Positions 35,590 through 49,549 of a DNA stretch of 64,000 nt are shown piece after piece; position 1 is the first letter of the stretch, and each line of letters opens with the position of its first letter. Source of the stretch: Basidiobolus meristosporus CBS 931.73 (lineage: Eukaryota; Fungi; Basidiobolomycota). The DNA lies in the NCBI GenBank assembly GCA_002104905.1, contig MCFE01000211.1, positions 62,001 through 126,000 of the forward strand, written 5' to 3'. Under the pieces are notes generated by a model. The model was given only the letters and a program-made list of their open reading frames with translations, made no database searches and was not told where the DNA came from. The translations under genes and the position numbers were made by a program.

Positions 35590-36010
35590 CAAAGATTGCT
35601 ATAGGGTCTTGGCAATATTAGAAGGGATTGGGAGTAGATAATGTGGTTTTTAGTTAGTGAACTTTTGAATATAAAGTAGCATTTATACTTTACATAGTCT
35701 TGTATGAAAACATGTTGAATAGATTTAGGAAGATCCAACAACTGTTGAAATATTAGACTATTTGGTATCATTCAGCAGCTAAAAATTTACTTAACAACTC
35801 TAGACTAGTCTTGGTCACTGGACAACATATTTGTAGCCCCAAATTTGCCAGTTTCTTCACATCTATTATCCTATGATTATTCCCCTGTGGTGAAGATCAA
35901 ATCAACACTTTTTACTAAATATATGTACTAACCACAAAACCGTTGCAGAATGCTCCTGAATGTTAAGAAACCCTCCTTACTTAGTGTTAAAGCTGTATTA
36001 CCTCATCATC
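35590..36010. repeat. Truncated LTR fragments of copia family 1 (~35590-35740) and family 2 (~35743-36010)
   Basis: Visible similarity to the LTRs at 15211-15560 and 42540-42905. Confidence 0.65.
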
Positions 36011-37560
36011 TTCCCACAGAGAGAACATACAGAAGTCAGCATGCAATTACAGCAACATTGGCAAGCAGTAAGCCATTGGCTGGAATTTGGAATCAATTAG
36101 AAACTGGAGATACTTGGGTGTATTTACTCAAGTGGCATTTTGATGCCATTCCTACCAAAAGTAGATTGAAAGCATTGGGAGTCATATGTGGACATTGAAG
36201 GAATATTTATCCAGAAGTGGATCACCAATGCCAACTTGACGCATCTACAGCTGTTGTGCAAGGTGTTTGTGACAGGATTTGAGAGGCCATACTACAAACA
36301 TATAGCTGAATGTGTAGTTCTCTGTTGCTAATGTATCCATTCTCTACTCCATCTTGCATGGTATATGGAAAGTATTGGGCATTGCTTCACCTTCTGGGAG
36401 TTTCCTATGGAGCAGATGCATGGGGAGATAGAAAGACAAGTCAAGTTGCAGGTACCATCATATCCTAATCTGATCAAGAATGGCACCTGGAAATCTGTCA
36501 TGGATATGATGAGTTGACATATAGAGGATAGCCAGGAAGAGTTGGAAAATACTGAGGACAAGTGTGCACATTGAGACACTTATGCCCATGGCATTAAGAA
36601 GCTGAGCAGCTCCAATGTGTGTGTAATCAGCTAAGTAATGCAAAGTTGGGTAGGGTGCAACAAGCAACTAATTTTTATCAGGAAAACTCTGCCAAGGTAT
36701 GCTGGATTTCTCATGGTCTCAAGCCAAGTTCTACGCCATTCAATACAGAATTCACAAAAACAAAAACCAGAGCGTACCTATAAGGGGGACTAGAATCCCA
36801 TAGAAGCAGGAATATACTGGCTAGATACCAAGAAGTTCTTTGTATATATTCAGGAGGTATTCAAGGCAGAAGTGGCAACTGCCAAGCATATGTTTGCAAG
36901 ATGTATATGTTACCAGCAGTATAACATATATAGCAACTTTGCAAGTATTACACTAAAAAGCTGAAAAGTTGAGGTGCTAGAAGTATGTCAATTGTGGCAG
37001 GTGTATGCATCTGAGAAGTTAATAAGCAGGCGGTCATATTTTTTTGATTCAAACTATATGTGGAATACCCAAGGTGGTAGTGGGATAGCAAATAAAGAGG
37101 GGTTATTCTACAGTGAAATACATATATGGCACAAGGGGAGGTAGAAAAAGGAAATACCATTTGGTGAATTGGTACGGTAGCATCATATAGAACTGGCTGT
37201 AGGCCACCATACTGCCATTATAATGCCAAAAGAGTCTTGCTGCAAGGCCATTGAAATACTTTCAAGTTTTTTGCCATTCAAGGTAATAGGTGTCCTGGCC
37301 AGTTGGACTCATTTAAAATAGTTGTTGAGCACAATATAACTGCAATAATATCATGCAATTACTGTCACAGTACCAATCAAATCTTGTTAAGTGTTATAAC
37401 TTTATTAGGCAGTAAAATTAGGAAAACACAATTGTGATCCCATCATAAGATTGTTAAGCGGGTCACCATTTCCAAGCTGCAGGTAGTATGATGGTCTCTA
37501 CACAGAATTCTGACAGCTGATCTTGTTTGGATCCACCCAAGGGATCAAGCTATTTATCAT
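36010..37560 (+). mobile_element. CACTA transposase C-terminal fragment, plus orientation
   Basis: Reverse-complement match to 26060-27470; includes the IHSLLHLAWYMESIGHCFTFWEFPMEQMHG motif near 36335-36425. Confidence 0.75.
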
Positions 37561-37562
37561 AG

Positions 37563-40500
37563 GGAACAAAGTGCAACCAATCATTGTTATGATTAGTATA
37601 TTGACTCTGGAGCATCACAGCATATTTGAAGTATCAAGGAGTGGCTCAGCAACTTGAAGACTATTCTGGTAAGAAATGTTTATCTGAGAGATAACTCTGC
37701 ACTGGTAGCTACCACCAGTGGGTCTATACTACCAAACATGGGTGATATCTCAGGGGCTAAAGCAGCAAAACCAACTGATGTACTCTACATCCCTGGAATA
37801 GCTAGGAACCTACTCTCAGTCAGTAAAGCAACTGCTCATGGACTGAAGTATTTTTTTACTAAGCTGAATTGCTTATTATTGGGTGAAAATGGACAACAAT
37901 TAGCTTTGGGAATCATATATTACAACATATCTAAGCTACAATGCAAGATCATTATACCTTGGTATGCTAACATTGCTGAAACTGATGAAATCAGCTGGAG
38001 ACATTACATAACAGTCAAGGACATGTTGGGGAACAGAGAGTTAGCTAATTGGCAGAAAATCAGCTTCTTAGGGGCCTATAGTACTCAATTCTGACCAAAT
38101 TCAGTGTCTGTGAGGGATTTTCATATGGTTAACAAGCTAGGTAACATTTAAGAAGCTCAGGAGGCATTGACCCCACCAATATATTGGCTGTTGTTTACAC
38201 AGAGATCTGTAGGCCCATGAGATCACTATGCTTTGGAGCCAAGAGATACTTTATGATGTTTATTGATGACAGGACAGGATATATATGGGCATACTTCCTT
38301 GTCACTTTTGAAATATTGGATTATTTGGTATCTTCCTATAGCAAAAAATTTACTTAACAATTTTGGACTAGTCTTGGTCACTGTGGGGCTTATTTACAGC
38401 TCAGACTTTGCCACTTTCTTCAGATCTATGATCTTATGACTAATCCCTTACAGCCAGGATAAAATTAGCACCATTACTAAACATTATGTACTTACCATGA
38501 AACTGTTACAGTATGCTCCTGAATATTGAGAAACTCTCCTTACTTAGTGTTACAGCTGTAATGCTCCTACAAAGGTATAAATACTGAGCTTCTTTATTGA
38601 TAAACAACAGTTAGCTATTATCACTATTTCTTTGTAAGTTCCTTATATCCAAATCACTTCTTAAATTGCAACAGGTTATGAGCCCTGATTGCCTTAATCT
38701 ATTCTAAAGATGACTTCTACCAGCAAACAGAACAACACAAACATCTGCCCTGTGCGGGAGAGGTTTGATGGGAAGAACTACAGACTGGAGAATCAAGATG
38801 CAAATCCACCTTGAGGAAAGGAAGCTTTGGAATATAGTAGCAGGAAAAGAAGTTGAGCCCATAGGACCGGCAGAAGAAATGGAAAAGTTTCAAAAGAAGG
38901 AGAGGAAGGCCTTTAATGCCACATGCATCAATGTGCAAGATTCCTTCATTGGACACAGCCATGCCTCAAACACTGCCAAAGCAGCAGGGGAATCCTTAGA
39001 GAAGATCTTTAGAGCAAAGTCAGTATCAAACAAGCTTTATTTGAACAAAAGTTCTTCAACATATGGAAGAGGCCAGATGATGATATGCTACAACTCATCA
39101 CTATAATGGGGACACTTGCAGAAGAACTTTAGAGTATTAATGCTGGTGCAGATGATGAAGAAAAGATACTCTGTCTATTTTGCAGCCTACCAGACAAGTA
39201 TGAGCCACTTGTACTTTCTTTTGAAAGCAGAGAACACAATATGACTTTAAATTCTGTCAAAGAAAGACTTCTTGATGAAGAACTCCGATATCATGATCAA
39301 GCAGAGAGAATTAAAGATAATGCTTTATTCAGCTCAGAAAGGCACTCAGAAATGAAGGGAAAGCCATAAAACCAAAGAAAACCTGGTTGCTGTTACTACT
39401 GTAAAAAGCCAGGACACTGGGCAAGAGAATGCAAGAAGAAACAAGCAGACAAAAAACAGAAACTAGAGCAGGCAAGCCACATAATTACTGATGAACAGTT
39501 ATTTGTAACCATACAAGCAAGTGCAAGTAACCAATGTAACAAATGATATATTGACTCTGGAGCATCACACCATGTATATGGTATAAAGGAGTGGTTCATC
39601 AACTTAAAGACTACCACTGTAAGAAAGGTTTATCTGGGAGATAACTCTGCTCTGGAAGCTACCAACAGTGGGTCTATACCACTAAATATGAGCTATAGCT
39701 AAGGGGAACATCAGCAAGACTGACTGAAGTACTCAATGTACCTGGAATAGCTGAGAACCTATACTTAGTCGGTAAAGCAACTGCTCCGGGACTGATACTT
39801 GTTTTAACTAAGAAGAGCTGCTCAATATTGAGTGAAAATGGACAAATAATAGCTTTGGAAATCAGAGATCACAATAAATACAAGTTACAATGCAAGATCA
39901 TTGTACCTGAGTATGTCAACTATGCTGCAACTGATGAAACCAACTGGCAGACATGGCATAGGAGGCTAGAACACATAGGGGAGCAGAAAATAAGCCAATT
40001 GCTGAAACATCAGCTTGTTTTGGGCCTAAAATACTCAATTCCAATCAAATTGAATGTTTGTAAGGGATGTTAATATGGGAAACAAGCTAGGCAACATTCC
40101 AAGAGCTCAGAAGACATCAATACCACCAAAATATTGGCTATTGTACACTCAGACATATGTGGCCCCATGAGAACACTGTCCTTTGGAGCCAAGAGTTACT
40201 TTACAACATTTATTGATGACAAAACAAGATGTGCATTGGTGTACTTCCTCAGAACAAAGGATGAAGCTTTGGAGATGCTTTGGTACCTCAAGAACATGGC
40301 AGAAACACAAACTGAGAGTAAATTGAAGGTACTACACAGTGACAATGGAAGAGAAAATTGTTCTAAGGAGTTTGCAAAATACTGCTCATCTACTAACATA
40401 CTACAGCAGACCACAGTTCCTCATGCTCCACAGCCAAATGGAGCAGCAGAACATGCAAATAGAGCAATAATAGAGATGGGAAGATCTATGCTACATCATA

Positions 40501-43500
40501 AGGGAATGGACTACAAGTTTTGGGCTGAGTCTGCTGCTACCACAGTTTACATCATCAACAGCTGCCTAATAACAGTACAACACAATTCCACACCCTTTGA
40601 AGCATGTACAGACAATAAACCACATCTCCAGCACCTCAAGAACTTTGGCATCATGTTTTTTATAACATTCCTGATAAAAAAAGCTCAAAGTTGGAACCAG
40701 AGAGTAGCAAAGGGATCTTTCTTTGGTATTGTGAGTACACCAAAGGGTATAGAGTGTATGATGGCAAAATTCAGAAGCTGATCAAGAGCAGGGATGGTGT
40801 ATTTGAGGAGTATTCAGATCCTAAAGCCATTGAAATCATTGGCCAGCTACCTAATGACGTAATCAACACTGATGAAGAAGATATATGCCTAATGCAGCCA
40901 GATACAGATGATAATTCTACCAGTTCCAGATCAGAGCAGATTATTCCAGTTGGGTGATCTACCAGAATAAGAAATGCCCCTGGATCCTGGTGGCAGACAT
41001 CCAATGATTGTACTATGTGGCAGCAAGCCATGCAAGAGTACCAATCACTGATCAGGGCAAAAATGTGGGAACTTGTAGTTTTACCAAATGGTAGAAAGCC
41101 AATAGGATGTAGCTGGGTCTACAAGATCAAGATAGCCGCAAATGGTGCTGTTGATAAGTACAAGGCTAGATTGGTGGCTAAAGGCTATTCCCAGATCCAA
41201 GGACTGAATTTAAGGAAGCATTTGCTCCAGTTGCCAAGTTTAACTCCATTAGAACAGTTCTAACCCTGGCAGCTGTACACAGTCTAGATCTACTCAAATG
41301 GATGTCAAAACAGCCTTTCTCAATGGGGATTTGCAAGAACCTATATATATGGACCAACCAGAAGGTTTCACTGATCCAAAAGACCCTTGTAAGGTGTGCA
41401 AACTTCAAAAATTGTTGTATGGGCTTAAGCAGGCACCAAAAGCGTGGTATAACAAGATTAACACATATCCAGAGGAAATTGGGTTCTCTTGTAGCACTGC
41501 AGATCACAGTATTGATGTAAAGCAGCTCAAAAAGGGTGTGATCATCCTAGTTCTTCATGTGGACAACCTAATTATAGCTACAAGTGACCAAGAGGCACTC
41601 AAACAGAAAAAATCAGATCCCTTCAGCAAGTTGGAGATGAAAGATCTTGAAAATTGAGGTATTTTCTAGGAATTGAAGTCAAATTTGTCAAACCTACGCA
41701 GAAAACGGTGCTGAATCAGTCCAAGTACATCAGGGATGCTCTTAGATACTTCATAATGGGAAATTGCAAACCTGCAGCTACATCTGTGGACAACAACCTG
41801 AATTCAAGCAAACCTCGGCCAGTTATAGATGAAAATGGCTCAAAAAAGGACCAAAACTTTCCCTAACAATCAATGGTTGGTAGCCTAATGTACTTGATGA
41901 TGTCTACATGCCCAGATATTGCAGTGGCAGTTGGAATAGTCAGTCAATTCATGCAGCATTATGGATCAGATCAAATTGCAGCAGTTAAGCGGATTTTCAG
42001 ATATCTACAAGGTACTATAAATATGGTACTGGAATACTCTGGAGTAGCTAATAGGCAAAAATTTGATGATTACAGTGATTCAGATTAGGGTAGGCATCTG
42101 ATTGACAGATGCACTACCACAGGCTATATATTTTTTTATGCTGGTGCAGCTATTACTTGGAGTTGCAAGAAACAACCAACTGTGGCCCTATCTACAACTG
42201 AAGCAGAAAATATGGCTGCATGTCAAGCAAATACGGAGGCTATACAGCTACAAAAATTATTCAAAGACTTGGGTTTTAATTCAGATGAACCAACATGTAT
42301 TTACCAGGATAATCAAATTTTATCTCATTAGCTAGAAATCCTTCTAATCATGCCAGAACTAAGCACATTGATAAAAGCATAACTTTGTGAGGGAAGCTGT
42401 TGAAAATAACTTAGTAGAGTTAGTGTACTGCCCAACTAACAAAATGGAGGCAGATATATTGACAAAACCACTAGATAGGTCACTATTTGAGAATCTCATG
42501 GAGGAATTAGGATTAAAAAATTACTTAGTTGAGGGGGAGTGCTGAATATTGGACTATTTTGTATCTCTCTGCAGCTAAAAATTTACTTAACAATTCAGGA
42601 CTAGTCTTGTTCACTGTGGGACTAATTACAGCTCTTACTTTGCCACTTTCTTCAGATCTACAATCTTTTGATTTTTCCCTTACAGCCAGGATAAAATTCG
42701 CACCATTACTAAACATTATGTGCTAACCCTGAACTGTTACAGAATGCTCCTGAATATTGAAAAACCCTCCTTACTTAGTGTTACTGCTGTATTACTCCTA
42801 CAAAGGTATAAATTCTGAGCTTCTTTATTGAAAAACAACAGTTCAGCTATTATCACTATTTCTAGATAAGTACCTTATATCTAGATTACTTCTTAAATTG
42901 CAACAGTCACAAAGAATGGTGCTTCAGTGACATGCAGGCACTCCAAGAACATGGCAAAATCACAAACTTGGTGTAAGTTGAAGATCACTGTTCCACATAC
43001 TCCACAATAAAATGGTGTAGCAGAATATGAAAATATGACAATAGTAGATATGGTAAGATCTGTGTCACAGGAAAAGGGAACAAACTACAAGCTTTGAGCT
43101 AAATCTGTAGCTACCATAGTACATCAAGAATAGATGCCCAACAACAGCACTATGTGATCTACACTCTATGAAGCAGATATAGGCAAGAACCAGACCTCCA
43201 GCACCTTGAGATTTTTGGCAGCAATGTTTTTTATCACATTCCTGGCACAAAATGCCCAAAGTAGGAACAAAAGTGTAGAATAGGTATCTATCTTGGGTAT
43301 TGTGAAGATACAAAAGGGTACAGAGTATATTATGGTGAAATTCTGAAGCTGATCAAGTGCTGGTATACTGTATTTGAGGAAAGTTTTTGATCAGTAAGCC
43401 ACTGAAATCATTTGTAAGCTGCCTAATAATGCAATCAACACTAGTGAGGATGATATGTATCTAGTTTAGCCAGATGCCAAAGAAAATTCCACCTTTTCCA

Positions 43501-43980
43501 GATCAGAGCAGATCATCCCAGTTAGGAGATCCACCCAAATAAGAAATGCCCTGAGATCCAGGTGGCAGACATCCAATGATCATAAAGAAGCCTATCTTGC
43601 CTTAAGTATCAAAGCTTAGAATCTGGAACAGGCAATGCAAACTCCAGATGCTACTATGTGGCAGCAAGCCATGCAAGAGTACCAATCACTGATCAGGGCA
43701 AAAATGTGGGAACTGGTAGATATACCAAATGGAAGAAAGCTAATAGGCTGTAGATAGGTCTACCAGATCAAGATAACCTTAAATGGTACAGTTGATAAGA
43801 ACAAGGCTAGATTGGTAGCTAAAGGCTATTCCCATATCCAGAGACTGGACTTGAAAGAAACATTGCTCTGGTTGCCAAGTTTAACTCCATTAGGACAGTT
43901 CTAGCCCTTGCTGCTGTACACAGTCTAGACCTACACCAAACAGATGCCAAAATAGACTCTGTAGATGGGGATCTTTAAGA
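37563..43980 (+). mobile_element. Older copia family-2 pol fragment (protease, integrase, start of RT) interrupted by a younger copy of the same family; host segments 37563-38305 and 42911-43980
   Basis: YIDSGASQH and YIPGIARNLLSVSK; the integrase reads YIWAYFLVT|KNGA across the insertion when one GTCAC is removed; KARLVAKGY-like sequence near 43800-43830. Confidence 0.8.
38306..42905 (+). mobile_element. Full-length Ty1/copia retrotransposon, family 2 (degenerate)
   Basis: LTRs at 38306-38673 and 42540-42905; TSD GTCAC on both sides; PBS GGTTATGAGCCC at 38674; PPT GTTGAGGGGGAG; gag [51 protein letters not shown]. Confidence 0.93.
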
Positions 43981-43984
43981 AACT

Positions 43985-44199
43985 ATGGACCTGGATAGTG
44001 CAATGTATTTTTGTGACATGTTACAAGCCACAGGATCTAGATTCAGAGTGTCCATGGGTATTGAGTATCTGATGCATGCCTTTAGCTCTTCTGTGCTCTT
44101 ACACATTCTTCATAACATTGATCCTCAGAAAAACATCAAAAAAAGGACTTTTCTCCTGCATCATACATGAAGCACAGGGGCTGCTTGGCATGAAGATGC
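43985..44199. repeat. Fragment of one arm of the fold-back MITE family
   Basis: Matches ~62810-63020 and ~61610-61820; no TIR retained. Confidence 0.8.
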
Positions 44200-45473
44200 A
44201 TGGTTCCCAACAGATCAAACAACAGTTGGATATATCTCCAACCTACTCACTGGAACTGCACAGAAATGTTCTCCCATCTGGTGGAAACCAACTCCCCTCT
44301 ACTCAGTGACTACCATGCCTTCCTCACAGAAATGGAGCCAACATTTGACAATATTGACCAAGCCAGAACTGCTGCCAGCAAGATCAAGAACTTGAAGCAA
44401 GGAAATAGACCTGCATCTGCCTATGCTTCTGAATTCTACCTACTAGCCAGTGACTTGAGCCTTTGGGGTGATGCTGTCCTAAATAGTCAGTTTCAGGATG
44501 GACTCAATGATGAAGTCAGTGACCTACTACTCACACCCCCTGACCCAACTACATGTGGGTGAAGCTACACATCAAGCAATCCAATGTGACAACTGCCTTT
44601 TCCAGAAGAAACAAAAGTTCTGATATACTTATCAGCCAGCCTCCTTCCTAGTAATCCAGTCACCCAGTACTAAGCTTGATGATCCTATGCAAATTGAGAG
44701 TGCCAAATACAAGAAACTTACAAACAAAGAAAGATCCAGATGTCAACAGGCAAGCCTCTGCCTTTACTGTGGCCAACCAGGCCATTTTGCCAAGTCTTGT
44801 CCCAACAAGAAGTCCAGCTTCAATCTCCTGCAATTGTTAAGTGAAGCAGCCTTCTCCTACAATTGCTGGGAAACACCAGTGTCCAGTTACAATGACAGGC
44901 TTGCAACTGAACCCTTCAGTGCAAATCCAACACATTGAAGAAGCATCCTATGCTACCAAGTCCATCCAGTCCTTAAGAATGCACATTAGCATCCATATCC
45001 CTGAATCCAGTCCTGTCCATGCTGTTGCCCTCATAGATTATGGTGCTTCCTCCAGGTTCATTGACCAGTCCTTTGTCCAGAAGCACAAATCCCCACTATC
45101 CTGAAATCCTGTCCTGTCCAAGTAGAAGTTATTGATGGAAGGTCCCTCTTCTCTGGTGCTGTTACCCATGAGACATGTCTACTCCAGCTGTCCTAGTACT
45201 GGTCACCACAAGACACTAGCCTTTAGCATCTTCAACTCTCTCCACTACTCCATAGTCCTTGGAAAGCTCATGGATTAGTCACCATAACCCAGCTATCAAC
45301 TGGAAGACAAAACCCTGACATTTCCCAGAGTCCATCACATCAACTCCATGAAAGCACCTGACTCTCAAGTGAAGAAGTATCTTTCCTTAAGCTACCCCAG
45401 ACACCAGGTACCCAGCCTCACTGAAGGAACCCCCTCCAATGGAATACCCACCAAGTACCAAGAATTTGCCCAT

Positions 45474-48208
45474 GAAGGTATCCAAAACACTCCTTATATG
45501 GAACCTGTTGCTGAACACTCTTGGGATATGGAAGTCTATTTGAGCTTCTAAACCTAGTACTCCATGCTTGATCTAAGTCATACATACCCTCTGTAAGGTG
45601 GTTCCTAATTGCTGTCAGCTGAGAATAAAAGCTTTTAGGACTTTTGTTGCCATGGATGGTGGGATGAAACCTTGTAGGGCAATAGTTCTTGTAATAGCAG
45701 AGAAGCTTAACAAGGTATCTCCTCAAGTAGATTGGGGTAGATGGACCACAGTGCTTGGTATAGATCTCCTCTAGTGTGTCAAAAGGAAACCCAGTTGTAG
45801 TGATAGGATTGATGAGAAAAGACCATTTCAGATGAGTAAGTCATATTAAAATTGGAAAGGATTGTGCTGAAATGATTTGATTTGATTTGGCACAATTCAG
45901 CTTTACTTTTTCTGATTTTCCATGCATTATGATTAAATCTCCATCAATTGCCATGTATCCCATCATTATGTTGCAAAAATCATCCTCAAACAACAACTAG
46001 GGTAATTTTTATTGAAGTTTTACTCACAAGTCTATAATCAAATAGGAAATCTGCAAATTGATGTGATCTGATCTGTGTCAATGCAATCCAAGATGCATCA
46101 TGCATAATATATGGAAAATTCAACAATCACATTAGTTTTCATATATATTTCATACAAGATCAGGTTGATACCAATACACCACTGTATAAGTATCTAAATC
46201 CATCACTATGGTCCCTATACCAAGTCTCAACTCATCTTTAGTTCAACCCAGACAAAACCCATCCCCCAGCTCACAAGCACAGTCTGGACCAGAAAAGGCA
46301 ATGTTGGATCCGTTCAAGTTCTAGCTAAATGATTTCAGTATAGGCCCAAGTGTCTATGATGAGCCTTCATACAGATATTTGGGCACTACTCATTAATCTA
46401 GCGGAACTAGATACCTTGGAGAGTCAACAGAGATGGAAGAACCTGAGTAGAAAGCTGTGGCATGAGTTCTACATCTAAGATGCCAGCAGATGTATGTAAG
46501 AAGATATATAACAAGACAAGTATTGAGATCAAGAATCAGCTGAGAGCAAGGAGATTTGATGAGGAAGCCATGTGGGAACAATTTTGCATGCAATTTGCAG
46601 AATACAGGCCGTATGTATCTGTTTGTGCCTCAACTTTGGGAATCAAGGAGATTTTGAATGAGTTTTTGCCTCAAATGACTAATGTATTACGTGATATATT
46701 AGTTGAGCTAAGTGGCTTCCAAGAGTAATATACACAGGACTCATCCAGGCAACAGTTGCAAAGTATTAGACAGAGGGCAAGTGAATACCTTGAGGAATCA
46801 GAAGGTGAGCTTCAAGAGGAGGAATACAGACTGCAAGCAACATTGTCTAGATTGCGCCAGCATGCCTTGCTGGATTCTGTTACCATCCCTTGCAACTTCA
46901 GCACACCAGCGACACATCATTCCAAACTACATCGACACTCTTCACAAGAGCGCCCCGCATTGTCTCAATCTCATATTGGGTCAACTGTGCATGCTTTAGA
47001 GGAAAACCACCAGAACCTGCCAAACTGCTCAAAAAGACACAAGTCCATTGGAGCGGGCCAAGTCACGTCAACAAGCGGCATCACATTGAACTCAGCTAAG
47101 GGCCATGCCAGCCCATCAAGTCACGTCTGTGCGTGTCATTTACACCTGACAATCAGCAAGTCTCTTCTGGAGAACTGATGGATGATGACCCGCATGAAGC
47201 ACCTCCACCACCAGAGCCTTTGGCAAGTAAAAGAACATGCCAGCATGTAGCACTGCTGGCCAGCTCAGTTGCATCATCTGGAGCAATTCAGCACTGGCCA
47301 AGCTGCAGCATTGCACTCATCAACTAGGAGGCAAAATACTGACTACAAATACACAAGTAGCCAAGAGGATAGTCAACAAGAAAGTAGTTTAGGTGTGCAA
47401 AGTGGAATCACTACAAAATACTTCAGTAGTAATCCCTGTTAGAAAAAAGCCTTGGAGAAGATGACATGATTGCATTGAATTGCTATTATTTGTAATGATC
47501 CAAACAACGCATCTTTTTTTTGCAATCCGCACTGAGCCATTGCAAATCAGTGATCACTAAATTTTTGATATAACCAATATTAAGGCTGTCTGGCATTTGA
47601 GACAGGGCCCCTATAAATAAACACCCTGCATATGCATACATCATTTGTGGCGCCAGTGCAGCCATTTGATCTGATTTACACCCATACAATTAGTTGTGTG
47701 CTAGCTATGACACCTTGTCCAATCACTAGGATCAAGGATTTACATGCTTGATGGGCAAAATGAGATATTTGATGGCAAATCAGTTAGCTTGTGTATTGAT
47801 CAAAGAGCCAATTGGGGGCTGGAAGCTTCTGGATACTTTTGGACCAATTAACCACTGAGATACCATCCAATTGGAGTGATGGTAACCAAAATGGTAAGTA
47901 TTAGTGTAGTTTATAGTGTGATATGGATTTACTTCCGTTTACACTAAAGAAACAAATCCAAATACCGTATTTTACCTACCATAATAGCGGTATCCAATTG
48001 CACCGGTGATGCAAACATTATGAGTGGGTACAATCATTTGTGCCAACCTCATTGTGTCAGATTGTGCCATAGTGTGCAAGATTGTCCCACATGGTGCTAA
48101 ATTGTCCAAGAGCAATCCTGCCTACTGGTAGCTATAATATTGTACCCAATATTCCTAAAGACCGCAGATTGTGCTATATATCCTGGCACGGTACCATGGA
48201 ACAAGTCT
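45474..48208. mobile_element. Left-truncated copy of the PHIS element lying inside the gypsy pol
   Basis: Colinear with ~18130-20863. Retains the transposase 5' part (45418-45726 ORF remnant), decayed ORF2 and the right TIR GGAACAAGTCT|AAT. Confidence 0.9.
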
Positions 48209-48211
48209 AAT

Positions 48212-49549
48212 GTGATGGGGAATAAAGCCACAAGCTTGTCAAGGGAAAACTATTGAGCTACAATCCCCAACTTAGTTGGTGTCTTAACAAAAGTATGTGC
48301 TGAGTTCAGCGTCCTTGTAGATGACAATGTACTAAAGCTTCTAAAGTCATAACAACTGTAAACTCCACCAGCAGGGACTTGATACAAATGCAGCTGTGGT
48401 CAATAGTTACAAAGACAGAAATGTATCTTTGCCTGTGCAAGAACAAACTTGGGAAAGAATCAAATATAATAAAAGATATCTACTCTGAGTATTCCTCACA
48501 AGTAGTGCCTCCAAGGTCCGTTAGCTGTCAGCATGGTTTCCTGGGAGTGTCCTCTGGTCTGGGGCTTGAAGTTTGGGTAGCAGCAGGTAGCAGTGATCAC
48601 ACTAATCAACAAGTTGGTATATTGATAAAAGGGATGATGATTTATTGTTGAGGGATTGCCTCCCTTATATACTTTTCTCATTGACTAAGTGATTGCTAAT
48701 CATGGTGTTCCAGAAGGTTCTGGAGATCAATAGAAATCTTGACAACATCAGAACAAGCTGAGAGTATTCTAAGTAGGTGCCAGAAGGTTCTACAAGGCAC
48801 AGCACATCCTACCAGTCAGGAATCAGTCCTCTGAAACCTGTGTAATGTAGGGATACCATATATGGTATGAAAGTGGTAGGGATAGTGACATAGGTTGATC
48901 ATGTGTCACAAGTACTGGTGTGAGTATTTGCCTAATATAGAAGCACTTATAGCTAGTCATTGTACATAAAGTAAGGGATAACTTATGCAATAAGGTATGC
49001 AGGTGTGATAGTCAACTGGCTTGTGGAATAGTACTGATCAGGTAAGACAAATGGGATAAAACTAAATAAGTGTTGTAGAGAAATAAGGAAGTAAAAAGTA
49101 TGGGTATGACCACATATGTCAGTGGGTGTCACTGTGACCCCACTACAATGCACCTATATGGGGGACTAGAATCCAGCAGGGAGAAGAAAATATATTGGCT
49201 ATATACCAAGAAGCTCTTTGCAGATATTCAAGAGGTATTCATGGCAGAAGTGGCAACAACCAAGCATATGATTACTAGATGTATATGTTACCAGCAGTAC
49301 AGGGTGTAGAGCAACTTTGCAAGTATCACACTAAAAAGCTGTAAAGTTGAGGTGATAGAAGTATTTCAATTGTGGCAGGTGTGCATGTTTGTAGAGGTTT
49401 GAAAGCAGGAGCCATAGTTTTTTTGATTCAAACAATATGTGGAATACCAAGGTATTAGTGGGTAAGCAAATAAAGAGCGGCTAAATAGGGAAGTTGAAAA
49501 TATGGAAATGAGCACATCTGTCAGTTGGTGTCACTGTGACCCCACTACA
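48212..49549 (-). repeat. Unclassified LTR-like sequence with two copies of a TGTAGTGGGGTCACAGTGACACC terminus (ending at 49147 and 49549) around a CACTA fragment (49148-49480)
   Basis: ~70-bp homology between 49081-49147 and 49484-49549; the middle part matches 36770-37100. Confidence 0.45.

Noticed and set aside
21800-37560. Host genes among the many 60-160 aa ORFs of the repeat block
   Set aside because: All fall in multi-copy decayed repeats, with stops and frames differing between copies.
49081-49549. 31-bp direct repeats ending in CACTACA as CACTA termini or a CRISPR-like unit
   Set aside because: Homology extends ~70 bp on the side opposite to that expected for a CACTA start, and there are only two copies. 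Better explained as two ends of a minus-strand LTR beginning TGTAGTGGGG.
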